Source: Xylographa opegraphella (taxonomy: Eukaryota). Taken from it: a stretch of DNA of 63,562 nt. The notes beneath the pieces were generated by a model. That model was not told the DNA's origin. It saw only the letters and a program-made list of their open reading frames with translations, and made no database searches. This document shows positions 24,300 to 36,060 of the stretch, piece by piece (position 1 is the first letter of the stretch; each line of letters starts with the position of its first letter). Both the position numbers and the translations under genes were made by a program. The stretch is from the NCBI GenBank assembly GCA_022813865.1, contig JALDZX010000021.1, positions 310,001 to 373,562 of the forward strand, written 5' to 3'.

Positions 24300-26300
24300 T
24301 ATGATCGGGAAGTGCAATTCTTGCGGTTTGATCTATCACTCTCATCTTGTGGACTGGTGCGGACACTGTCTCACAAACGAAAAAGTATAAGTCGGACATG
24401 CTTGCAGTAGACACTTGAGATGAGATGGTATCAATATTCTTCTGGCGCTGTGTCTTCAAGCTCATTATACTGTTCTGCACATTTAGGATACCTAATCGCA
24501 AAACCAGTTGTTCATATTGTACAAGCAATACCGCATCGTTTCGACCATACCGCTCAGTGAGAGGCGATGCTATCCTATGCGTAATCTTCTTTCTCACCCG
24601 CGCGAGAAACATGAAGTTTCGTTGAAAGCATGTCGCACTTATGGCGGTGCCACTTTCACCACTGGCCGTAATAAGTATACAGAAAGCGATGAATGTCGGC
24701 ACCGCCAGCCGAGTAACATCAAAATCTCGAACTCCAAAGACCTCTGACCTCATTATCCTCTGCCAATGACCGTCAGAACCCTTACAGCTACTGAGCGTCG
24801 TTCCTATATAGCCAACATATTTCACGAAAGCCTCCCATCGCTCGTGAACTCGGCCTTTATCAATCTGTTATTTTCTACCCCTGGACGGCTTGTACGCGAT
24901 GGGATCGCACAGCTTCCCCAGTGAAGAACATCGAGCCGAGTAAAAGCGTATGATCGCAGGCGTGAGCTTTGCCTTGATCGACGAGTGGCTTCTGTTGCTT
25001 TGCACGCCTTGATCAAGTCATCTGAGAGCTGATAGTCAATGATAGGCCACCGTGCTGTTAGACCTTGAAGACCTTCATTGATTTGAATATGACTCACTTG
25101 CTAACCATATAGAGTTTCTTCTTTGAGACGTATGCAATCAGACCCTTCGATAACATAACAATACAACCCCGGCTAAAGTGTACTCAAATCTCTAGAGCAG
25201 AGTGCTAGAGCTCAACGATGCTCAGAATCCTCTTCTCCAGTCGCATGTCAGGAGAACTTTGTGCTGCGTTCGAAAATCTTGCTGCCAATATCATATCATT
25301 TGGCCATGACTATGGAATGCACTCCGGGGGGCATCAAAATTTACCTGAGTAATCGGATCAAAACTTTAGCATTCGAAGGAGAGGACACTCGTCAAGATAT
25401 CATTACGAAAGTACACGACGAGTCAACTGGCTGCATTCTATGGGCAAAGATATTCATAGAAAAGCTTTGTCGAGTCCACACATCTCGAGCAATCCAAAAA
25501 GTCTTGGAAGAGGTACCTACTGCTATGGACAGCGTGGACCGAAATCAACGGTGCAGATATTGCATGATCGAGAGGAAGGCGAGGTCCGCAAGCAGTCACA
25601 GCATGGCAGCTCATTCTACGCGACCACTTACTATTGGTGAACTCCCAAAGGCATGATTATCTGATGCTAATAACGATATGAATGAGCTGCAATCCTCTAT
25701 AGGTCAACGCTATGGACAGTCGAATTGGCATGCACAATAAGCGATCAAGTCGTCCTGGCTCGGTGAATGAGAATCAGGAAATAAATGCGCTTCAACGACC
25801 AATGGCCATTAACCAAGAATGGACGGTTGTAACCATTGGCCATCATGGACGATCGATATCTTAACGGGATCTAGAGGAAGGCTATTTGATGGGGCGAAGG
25901 TTCTGGAGATCAGCAACAGACATAAGCAATCCGAGAGGGCCGCAAAGGGTAAGATGACTTTCATGAGTACTATTTGCGAAGTCATCGTTTCAAAAGCATG
26001 TACAAGTCTTTGTGGTTGCGATCTCTCAAGACAGTGGATTTTGCGTCCTTGATATTGCCTTGGAAGAAATGGAAGCCCGCTTGACGGCCAGACCTTACAT
26101 GGCATGCGGAGAGATGCCGAAAGGATCAATTCAATAGTTCAACACTAGAAGAACTCTCTGGTTTCGAGACAGAGGTCGATTACCTCGTACGAATCAACTG
26201 GACCCAACAATCATCTTCCTCGACCAGAGACTCTGGATCTGCTCTCTCTCATCCTAACAACTTTTCGAAAGAGCAGACAACACATCATCCACTTTGTTAT
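24300..26300 (+). pseudogene. Decayed NACHT-type NLR gene (possibly alpha/beta-hydrolase-NACHT-WD40)
   Basis: Fragments MLRILFSSR (~25218), STGCILWAKIFIEKLCRVHTSRAIQKVLEEVP, RPLTIGEL and FLDQRLWICSL (~26215), separated by stops and frameshifts. Boundaries are approximate. Confidence 0.7.
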
Positions 26301-27324
26301 TCGACTCGATGGTATGTCTGCGAGCGACGATACGGTGCTTGAGATCAACGGCTCGCGGGACTTGGTGAAATGCAGCAAGGACCACAGTGACCAAACAGGG
26401 CGTCGCTCGCGTTGCAGAGGTCGTCTAGTTGGATGGACGACAGTGTCTACTACCGTCGAGAGCCTCAGTGCTAGGCTAGTTTCAGGACACCCTTCGATGC
26501 ACCAGGAGGCTCGTTGGTCGTCTACAAGCAATTTCATAGATTTGTAAGGCTGGTTACAACAACTCGGCCCTATTGCCACGCTCCCACGTATCCATCTAGG
26601 CATAGGTCTAGAGCGCTTTCGAGCACCGGCTCTGCTCACATGCCTATCACCAGACGCAAGGCTGCCATCAAGCCCTTCAGATCCAATTTCCTATTTGCGG
26701 GCAGTCTCCAGCACAGCGCATGATAACCTATTTGGACCGCCAAGCCTGCTTTTGTCAACATGTCTGGTCTGGCGAGACGCCCATCATTGTTCTTATTCGT
26801 CGACGATGTTAGGCCAGGCGGTGGTGGCTTGAGGCCTAGACTCACGATAATCACCGTTCCACTGGCATCGTGGCCCCGAGTGCTCAAAATCACCCTCGTT
26901 TCTTAGCATGCTTTTGCTGTTTCCTTAATGTTGTACTCAGTAATCGCGACGCGACTGGCCGCAAAGCACATGGGCTGTCCTCATTCCACTGGACGAGGTT
27001 ATATCTTAGTTCGCTTCCCACGTTGTCTGGAGGATCGAGCCCATACCAAGCATCGCCAAGCCCGCTTCGAAGCGTGCCAAGGCGGTCTAGGACTCTCCTG
27101 GAGGCGTGACAGCATGCCAGCCAAGACATGGCTGTAGCACTTGCGAGGTGATGGGGTCTACGGCTGAGTGATTCAAATGAGATGAGCGGATGCCCCCAAG
27201 GCTGAGATATATCTCTATGCCTTCATGCACTCCAAGTGGCATTGTGCAGTTCCCAACCTTTCCAACTGGATATTAAATACCCAACACAATTGTTTGTCTG
27301 GTCTGTTGCTGTACCCAAGCCACC

Positions 27325-28130
27325 ATGCCTATCTCCTTAGTTTGTAGGCTTCTCGTTCTCGCGGCCTGCGTCCTGCTTACCGGCGCTCAAACTGTCGCCC
27401 CCTATCCTGTCGCAGACTGCAACGCACCAACAAGCTACCTCGCCTACTCTACCTGCCCGAATCAGCCCGGTTGTTGCGCCGGTGGCGCCGATTGTTGCGC
27501 AGGCGGTTGCTGTCCTCTTGTTGCTGTGTGCATCTACAAGGGAACGAGCGACGAGGCATGCTGCCCACTTTCGGATCCAACCCAGTGCGGTGTTCCCCAA
27601 CCTGTGAGTGACACATAGCATATCGCCCCGTCATACAATGCTCTTTGTAGAGACCAAGAGCCCCTGTATTCATCAGGTGCCTGGGAAGGTTCATGTGCTA
27701 ACATGTTCGGCACAAGTCGTCAACCGGGTCGGCGCCTTCCGGCTTCAAGCCCAGCATGTCCTGCAGCGGTGTAGGTGACACCTGGACTTGTCCTGCTGGC
27801 TCATCTTGCGATTATGAGAACGGAGGCTGTATCGAGATTCCCACTGGTAGCAGGTCCTCGAGCGAAGCTGCCCCGGTAGTTTCACCGACCGTGGCACCCA
27901 GTTCCGATACCTACCTGGGTGCGAGTACTTCAGCAGATACTTTTCAGCCGGAAAGCACATCGGCCGATAGCTTTACCGCAACAGAGGCCTCACAGACTGC
28001 AGCAACGGCGGTGGCTACTACATCTGCTCAACCAACCCATACGGGGGTGGCTGGGGTGATCAAAACGAATACTAATAGCGTGTTTGCAGTGTTAATTCTG
28101 GTGGTTGTTGGCGGAGGCTTCGGTTTCTAG
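27325..28130 (+). CDS. Small secreted Cys-rich protein with a Ser/Thr stalk and probable GPI anchor; intron 27604-27716
   Basis: Signal peptide MPISLVCRLLVLAACVLLTGA; repeated CC motifs (GCCAGGADCCAGGCCP); Ser/Thr-rich region; hydrophobic end FAVLILVVVGGGFGF. Confidence 0.88.
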
Positions 28131-28446
28131 TCTACGTTTCTGCAGTTCAAGACAAGCCTCGGATGGAATGAGAAATTATCTTTCAAGGAAAATGTTGCAG
28201 TTTTTTTGATTGTTGAGTATTCCATTGGAGAAATGGTAACAGGGCACCATTTTATCTTGTTGTTGTGTCCTGTACCCCTTGTACTTCAAGAGACTTTAGG
28301 TAGTGATAGTTTTGCCATGAAAAGATCAGCCAATCGCAAGCATTGATAATGCCATAGTAACGCCTTTCCTCATCCGCACAAGCGTAATTCCAGCAGAGCA
28401 AAAAAAGCAGGCTCGATTTCGCAGAAGACACGAATAGAGATTCAAC

Positions 28447-28980
28447 ATGGCAGAGCCCAAATCTGAATTGCCAGAATGCGTTAAGGACTACATGCGACTT
28501 GCAATCGAGTTGGCCAAGCAGTCACCTCCCCAACCGACCAATTTCTGCGTGGGTGCAATCTTGGTCGATGAGGCCGAAAACAAAACCCTAGCGACCGGAT
28601 ACACGCTGGAACTCCCAGGGAACACACACGCAGAGCAGTGCTGCCTCCAGAAATTTGCAACTCAGCATGGCAAATCTGAAAAGGACATTGCGGATCTACT
28701 GCCAACGAAAAGTGCGATATACACTACCATGGAGCCCTGCGGAAAAAGGTTGAGTGGGAATCTGCCTTGCATTGACCGAATTCTCAACACACGGAATGGT
28801 CTCAATGGGGGCATCAAGACAGTATATCACGGAGTTGCAGAGCCTGAGACTTTTGTGGGTCAAAACACTGGCAGAGGAAGACTGGAGGCTGCTGGTATCC
28901 AATGCGTCCATGTCTCTGGCTTTGAGCAGGAGATCTTGAAAGTGGCCACCGCAGGCCATCCTCGCAAAGAGGATGCCTGA
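28447..28980 (+). CDS. Stand-alone cytidine-deaminase-fold protein (RIB2/DRAP deaminase-like)
   Basis: Zn-binding motifs HAEQC and TTMEPCGKRLSGNLPC; TGYTLELPGNT. Confidence 0.88.
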   Translation: MAEPKSELPECVKDYMRLAIELAKQSPPQPTNFCVGAILVDEAENKTLATGYTLELPGNTHAEQCCLQKFATQHGKSEKDIADLLPTKSAIYTTMEPCGKRLSGNLPCIDRILNTRNGLNGGIKTVYHGVAEPETFVGQNTGRGRLEAAGIQCVHVSGFEQEILKVATAGHPRKEDA

Positions 28981-29206
28981 TATGATTCCTACCTCATGCG
29001 GCACCTGGTTGCGTCCGATTGGTAGAGAATTCGTCATGATCCAACGTTCTTGACTCCAAAGTTGTTCATGTGACTTCGCGCAACGTTAAGAGCGAGAGTG
29101 GCGTCATGATTCCGCGATGACGATTGACTGAAACTCCAATAGGATTTTACATCATCGTGCAACGGATGCCGTCTTGCAACATCTTATTACTATCCACCCG
29201 ATTCCA

Positions 29207-30141
29207 ATGAGTAGAACTATCACTTCACAACTGAACAAATTTGCCAGAAGCCCTAAATTCCCAAGCACAGCTATCAAACCGATTTACCAATCCCGTAACA
29301 TGGCTTCCTCCGACGTCAATGTCGAGAACACCAACATCAAGACCGCCGCAGGCGTCAGCCTTGACGAGCACCAGAAGACTATTGTTGGCAGTGTACTTGA
29401 CGTTAGTCTTGCAATATCCCCCAAGCATAACTATCCACTAACCAATTCACAGCTCTTCGCAGGCCGACCCTCGTTGAAGAAGCTCCAATTGTGGGACGAC
29501 AACGGCGTTTTCCAGGATCCTATCACAAAAGCCGAAGGACGAAAGCAGTATGAGCCTCAATGGGTATGTGTAACTCTTAATCTGCACTCCATTCCTCCGC
29601 TAATAATGATGCTCAATAGTATGGCCTCCAAACCGCATTTTCGGAAATTGAGCGTCTCCACCACGAGGTCACCGATGCTGGCAACCCAATCAAGATGGAC
29701 CTAAAGACTCGCTATGTTGTCAAGGGAATCGGCAAAGAGCAGACCATCTCAAGCAAAATCCAAATCTACCTCGACAAGTCGACTGGCAAGATCACCGAGG
29801 TTCAAGACAAGTGGGATGGAAAACTTCCCGACAGCTCCTTCACCAACGTAAGTATTGATCAACTCTTCAGTCCTTGGTGGTGGGTGCACTATGCGGAAGG
29901 GTGGGTGTGGTGGACGTGGAGCTTCACGTGGAATACGTGGTGGTGGCAGGTGTGTGGGAGTTGTTTGCTTTTGCCCGCCTGCGACAACATCTACGCGAAC
30001 CTAATCTTTGACGATTCCTCAAGGTACCCATGCTAACAGATTTTGGTACAGATCTTCCGCCAGCTCAACTCTGTCACTGTGCCGGCCTTCGTCAGTGTCC
30101 CCAAGAACGACGAGGAGGACGCCAAGAGGGGTAACCAGTGA
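29207..30141 (+). CDS. Hypothetical protein, probably NTF2/SnoaL-like fold; in-frame ATGs at 29207 and 29300; introns 29402-29452, 29564-29619, 29848(or 29950)-30051
   Basis: Spliced product reads ...GSVLD|LFAGRPSLKKLQLWDDNGVFQDPITKAEGRKQYEPQW|YGLQTAFSEIER...KITEVQDKWDGKLPDSSFTN|IFRQLNSVTVP. All splice sites are canonical. Confidence 0.85.
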
Positions 30142-30383
30142 TGTGCTTATTGTCATAAAAATTGTACCATAACCATACAATCAAGCCTTCGGCTTTGGGT
30201 AGCTGTAGCGATCGATGAAGAAAAGCATGCTATCTTTAAATATCCAAATCATAATAGTTCCTTTTATTGATCTCGAAGGAGAAACAATTGTGGCATCAAA
30301 AATCAGCTCCGAAATCACCCATACGCAAACCCTCCATGGTATCATGCACCCCGTTGAAGCGGCCGGTTCCCCCTACCCTGTCG

Positions 30384-31028
30384 TCATATCATCGAGCCAT
30401 CACCATCCTCTCCTTTCCTCCCGCTTACACCTTCCGAACCCCCCTCCGCCAACGCCTCCGCCAGCGTCACCTCACTCCCCGCATACCGCTCACTCCCCTC
30501 GCGCTCCCGCCCCGCCTCCAAATCCACATACCCCCTCGCCCGCGGATCCCGCCTCACACTCTGCCGCAGCGTCGCGAACTTTCCCTCCTCCCCGACAACC
30601 CCAATCCGTTCCCGCCCTTCCTTGCTAGCAAAAAAACCACGCACGCGCTGCGCAAGCGAGACGCTCCGATCCGTCTTGTGCACTGTGGGCGCCACTGAGC
30701 CGGCCGCGATTGCGGATTTCAGCGGAGGGCGAGGGGCGCGGCGGGCGAGGGGGGTGTGGTGCCGGTGCTTGTAGTAGGCGAATAGGAGGCCGAGGATGAG
30801 GAGGGAGACGAGGATGACCGGGAGGGCGATGGTGCAGGCTTGGGTGCAGGTTTGCGTACTGGGTGGGGGGAGGGCGCCGCCGTAGTGGTTGGTTATAGGG
30901 AGGGTGGGGGTGGTTGTGGAGGGGGGTGTTGTTGAGGGTGAGGTTGTGGTTGAGGTTGAGGTTGAGGTTGTGGTTGAGGTTGCGGAGGGCGAGTCGAAGG
31001 GGGAGGCCAGGGGGGGAACGAATGTCAT
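30384..31028 (-). CDS. Hypothetical single-pass membrane protein with a Ser/Thr-rich N-terminus
   Basis: Thr/Ser tract, then TM segment IALPVILVSLLILGLLFAYY followed by basic KHRH. Confidence 0.7.
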   Translation of the reverse strand: MTFVPPLASPFDSPSATSTTTSTSTSTTTSPSTTPPSTTTPTLPITNHYGGALPPPSTQTCTQACTIALPVILVSLLILGLLFAYYKHRHHTPLARRAPRPPLKSAIAAGSVAPTVHKTDRSVSLAQRVRGFFASKEGRERIGVVGEEGKFATLRQSVRRDPRARGYVDLEAGREREGSERYAGSEVTLAEALAEGGSEGVSGRKGEDGDGSMI

Positions 31029-32446
31029 TGTGGGTGAGGAGGAGTTGAGGAGCTCGTTTGTCGTCTGGTCGGAGAGTGTAGGAGGAAATGAAACGAGATA
31101 ATGGGTAGTAGACACAGGGGAGAGAGGTGGTAGGAGATGTGGAAGCAGAAGTAATCTGCTCGTCGAGGAAATCTCACAGAAACCCACAACCGATAAACAA
31201 GCAGAAGCAGGACGGACGAAAATCGCCCTCGATAAAAGGAACAAACAAGAAACTCGGCACGATGCCGGCCTTTAAGCAAAATCTCCCTCCTCCCATTGTA
31301 ATTTCCTATACCGCATCTGCACATTCTCATCCTTCATGATCGACTCCTATCAGCCTCGTAGCCTCCGCCTCGGGCTTGTCAGGTTCTGAAACAAGCACGT
31401 CCTCACAAACAGCAGGGAATCCGATCCTGCCATGTCGGCGTCGCGCCGTGAGGGGCTGCTGTTACGGCGTCGGTAGGGTTCTCATACGCCGTTGTTGGGG
31501 GATCTCGGGGATGAGAATAGAAAAGGTGGCGCTTGGCGGGCAGGGCTGAGGGAGTGGCGTTGTGGGTGTTGGTGCACGGCCACTTTTGGAGGGCACGGAC
31601 CATACAGGGTGGCTTGTGCTTAATTGTTTAACTCAACTGTTCTTCGTCTTTGATAACCTCGCTGTTGTCAGAAAGGGATAGGGTTTTTAGGCGTGAATAC
31701 CGATGGCTGTTCTTCTGTCTTCAGCAATTCTTGGTGATTACGATGTGCACCAAGCAGATAATGGCACAGCTTCAAAGTACGCTTGACACGGTCTGGCTGA
31801 TTTGGTCGTTAGTTGCGCTCGCCGAGTTTTTACATACTTACTTCACTCCTAATTAATGGTTCTGGGAAGAATCATGTGCTTTATTATGATGCCACCCTTC
31901 TTGTATAGGCAGCTTTGTGGACGTCTCTGCTCCGGATCCTGAGCTTACTTCTCTGCTTACAGGGTTATTCTGTTTAACGCCTTTGATGGTTGTTTCCTCC
32001 GGCATCAGTATCTTCTAGAAGTGACTCATTCTCTACCTGGTAGAGAATGAGTCTGTCGCTCTATTCATATTCACTACTCGACTTTGTCAAATTCGTCGTC
32101 AGTGAAAACTTCCATCATCGCAGACCCACCATCATCTGTCATCCTGTGCACAAACTCGCACCTCAAATCAGCTGTAATGAAACAATGACGAAGGGCGTCA
32201 TGTGCTAAACCATTTCTGTCTCGTCGTTTCCTATTATCAGATTTTATGTAATCAGTACAATAGCGAGCGCTCAGCCACAATTGTCGACCATTAATGCTTT
32301 GTGGTCTAGTTTCCTTCCGAAGTTCGTGTGAAACCCTATACAATTACATTCCTACTTTCTCCGAAACGTCCAGATCTTCCTTGGCTGAATCTGTGAGTCC
32401 CTAGGGTAGCCATCAAGTTGTGAAATAGAAATGTTTCGACATCCCT

Positions 32447-34186
32447 GTGAGCTTTCAAGGACTGGACAAGAATCCTCTTTCCCACTACCGCTTGCGCACA
32501 GCAATGCTGAGCTTACTCATCGAGTTCTCCGACCCAAACATGGCGCTCCATAGCGAGCATCGTAAGGTTGACTACCGTCTCTACTATCTGGAGCGATCGT
32601 TCTGCCTGACTTCTGCGTATGACGCATTGAAGGTCCTCCTGTCTGCGACCAAGGACGCACCACAAGCATCGTCTGAAGTATACCTGGAATTCAAGAGTGC
32701 ATTCAGGGGCTTTGCCGAGCAGATATTGGCTCTCTGTTGGGATGAGGATGATCCCACCCAGCCCTGCCCCGAGCGAACCTTCAAATTTGCTTCCTTCCTC
32801 CGTATATGGCGAACTGAATATCTAAGTAAACTGGATCCCTTTCACATGTCTGATGGCCTTTTACGTAGCTACTGTGACATCATGTACGATGGACTTCTTC
32901 AGCTACACACGCCCTGCTGGTGTGGTGCAACATTTAATTGCAGTGCTCCGCATGAACTATTATTTCGTCTGAACAAAGCGCGGTTCAATCGCGACACCGG
33001 AGTCACCATGGACTGTTCGACACAGGATCTCAGTGAAAGCAAATTCTCGGAGCCGCTCTTAAATGTCTTACTGAACAAGCCAAAGCCGGAAGGAGAGCCA
33101 GTTAGTATTTGGAAACAAGTCGTGTCACTTCCAAGACTGCAATGCACCTGCCTTAAGGCATTCCTCCACTGGTTCAAAAACCTCTTCGAAGCTCCAGTTG
33201 ATCGTTTATGATGCTATGGGTATGAGTCCTGGTTACGCCCCAATACGTCACAAAGCTCACAGTAATGACACTCTTACAGGCAGTGGAAGCTGTCAGGTCT
33301 AGAACATTACAAGCAGTCCAAGGCAGAAATCGATTTCAGCTAGAGTTACTCCTCGTCCGCGGTGTGAGATCTCTTTGGAAGATCTGTCTTAGTCTCACTG
33401 TCCAAAAGAAAAGCTTTCAAAGCGATGCAACCACTCCATACGGTCCTGCACCTCTCAATCACTCGCCTCACAGCTAAGCAGTAAGACCTGGGATCGTCTT
33501 ACGTGTCTAGTATATTCTGCGGTGCTCGAATATGGCGAGGTGACGAAGCTTGCGTCTCCAGAGACTACTCTTCTGTACCAACTACCCCTACTGGTCTCTA
33601 CCATGATACGACGGCTAACCCACGTCTACAGGTACAACCGCCTCATGGTCATGCACGCTCTAAAGGATGATCCGAATTTTCGGCGTTGTCTTCGTCCGGG
33701 ATGCAACTTCAGCCAGATCCACGAGCAAGGCGATCAGGCCCCTTTGATGCGCTGCTGTGAATGCGGTCACAAAACGTGCTTCACGCACAGCGTACCCTGA
33801 CACGAAGGCCAGACCTGCCGCCAGTACGACTACGTCGACAGTCGCAGTGCCGCACCACGGCGCGAGGACGAGGCCGCTCAAGAACTCATCAGCAAAGTCT
33901 GCATACCATGTCCGGGCGCCGGTTGCGCGAAGCCGATCGAGAAGAACCGTGGCTGCGCTCCTATGAAGTGTAAGTATGGTTCAGCGAGTAAACGCAATTA
34001 TCTGGACCCCCTGGATGCCCGCCTACGGTGCTGATGTGCTGGCTCACGCTAGGTACACAATACGAGCACGAGTTCTGCTGGGACTGCCTTGCCCCCTTGG
34101 AAACGATACACCGTGTGGCGAATGGTGGACATTACGCGCATTGCGCGTTCCGCAGCTGCAATCTTCCGCGCTATAGCCGGTATTAG
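32447..34186 (+). pseudogene. RBR (RING1-IBR-RING2) ubiquitin-ligase pseudogene with an unknown N-terminal domain
   Basis: IBR CLRPGC...CCECGHKTCFTHSVP*HEGQTC; RING2 CPGAGC...IEKNRGC...HEFCWDC. In-frame stops at 33209, 33300, 33390 and 33798, and several Zn ligands are lost. Confidence 0.85.
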
Positions 34187-34567
34187 CATGATGGTGGGTG
34201 TATCGTCATCCGGTATGGATTGAGTCTGGAGTGTTCCTGGATGGGGAAGCACCTGGCCATGAAATGACTGAAATCCGCTTCCAGAGCACGAGAATTATGA
34301 AAGTGATAACTACAGAGCTTTCGAGCGCTAGAGCTGTAGTCTATCAATGAGTCTCGCGCTCTCTTTCCAGTGCTTGATGATGCGGATGTGCAAACAACAG
34401 TTTTTGATGTCGGCAAGGAGATACTAACATGGCTCTTGCGATTCACAGTTATTTCTTCTACCAGCCAGGTTATTCTCATTTTACTGTATTTTGTCACACA
34501 TCAAAACATGCTCTATACCCATTCACAAAAATCTACAGCCCTCCCCACCATCACCCCCTCTAAAACC

Positions 34568-35693
34568 CTACCAGCTCACCAACCCCCTCTCCCGATCAAA
34601 CCCACCCCGCAGCTGCCTCTCCGGCTTCACCACCTTACCCTGCAGTACCGTGAACCGAACAATGCCCTCACAGTCCTCCGGCCTCACCCGCGCCAGCCAG
34701 ATACACTGCGCCGCCTCGCCGCCCGCGCCGGCGCGCCGGTACACCATCATGTTGGCGGAGAACTTGTGCCCGCCCACGTGGCTGATGAAGTAGATGCCCA
34801 CGCCGCCGGGCCGCTCGTCGTGCAGGTCGCGGTACAGGCCCAGCGGGCGCAGGTGGCGCTCCAGCTCGCGGCGCAGCAGCGGCGCCGACTGCCCGCAGCG
34901 CGCGTCGCGCGTCTTCTGCGAGCAGAGCAGGATGAGGTAAGCGTGCGGGCAGGGGCGCGTGCGGAAATGGGATGGCGGCGGCGGCAGGGCGGCGGGGTCG
35001 GCGGGCGCGGTGGTCCCGTTGGCTAAGGGGCTGGGTCGAGCGAGCGGTGTTGTGTTCGTTGCTGCCGCGGAGATGTAGTGCGTGATCAGGTCCGGGACCG
35101 CCTGCGGCGTGACGTGCTCGACGAGGGTGAAGGCCGGCAGCAGCAAGACGGTCGTGGGCTCCGCGCCCTTGGCGTGGTCGTCGCCGGCGGAGGAGGACGA
35201 TGGTACGGGCATGTTGGAAGCCGAGAGCATCAGTCTCTGTCCCCGCGCAGCAGCGGCAGTATCAGCGCCCATTGCCCCATTGCACTCCGGCCGGTCGACC
35301 AAGGCAAGACAGAAAACATACCCCGTTCGTCGGCTGCATCTTGCACCTGCCCACCGCCTCCATCACGCTGCCCTTCTCGTCCTCCACGTCGCGCACCCAG
35401 TCCGTCCTGCCCGTCGCCACCAGCATGTGCGTCGCCCACCCCTTCACCTGCCCGTACAGTTTCTCCTCCTCGTCGATGCTGAACTTCGCCGGGTAGTGGA
35501 TCGTGCACGACGCGCAGTCGTGCTCGCACTCCTCGCCGTCGACCGCCGGGTCCACTTTGGGGAACAGCCGGCCCTCGGGCGCTTTCGTGAAGGCGTGGCC
35601 GTTGACGCCGGCGACGGCGAGGTTGGAGGAGGAGGCATTGGGGGTGAGGAAGTCGGTACCCTTGCGGAGGAGCGAGGACAGGGTGGATGACAT
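34568..35693 (-). CDS. apd1: Sucrase/ferredoxin-like 2Fe-2S protein (Apd1/Aim32 family); one intron approx. 35238-35321
   Basis: CEHDCASC; HMLVATGRTDW; ILLCSQKTRDARCG; ISHVGGHKFSAN; IWLARVRPEDC. Confidence 0.9.
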
Positions 35694-36060
35694 TTCGGCG
35701 GTGCGGCGTTTCATGCTGGGAGGGCGAAGGGGAGGCTTGGAAGGGCCGGGGTGCCGAGCGGAACAGATTCCGCGGCAGGTTTGGAGAGGTAGAATTCAGT
35801 CGACCGAATAATGAGCCCACTCGTTGCTGAAGGAACAGGCACGTCGTCGGGGGACCGTCTCAATAAAAGGAGTTGCTTTATCTACAACCCGGCACGCGTC
35901 AGCATTCTACCTCGCCTTACGACTCCAATCCTGACCGATCCTTCGGCCGACGCCTTGCTCTTATGTCCGACAGAACCTCGCGCATGCCTGTTGCTTAGGT
36001 GGGTACCACGCTGGTGAAAGCTGAAAGACAGCAAACAATCCTAGCCGCGTGTCCCCGAGC

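Noticed and set aside
33798..33800. TGA at a conserved Trp position (P*H versus PWH) as programmed readthrough, selenocysteine or editing
   Set aside because: The same gene has three more stops and has lost several Zn ligands, so ordinary pseudogenisation explains it.
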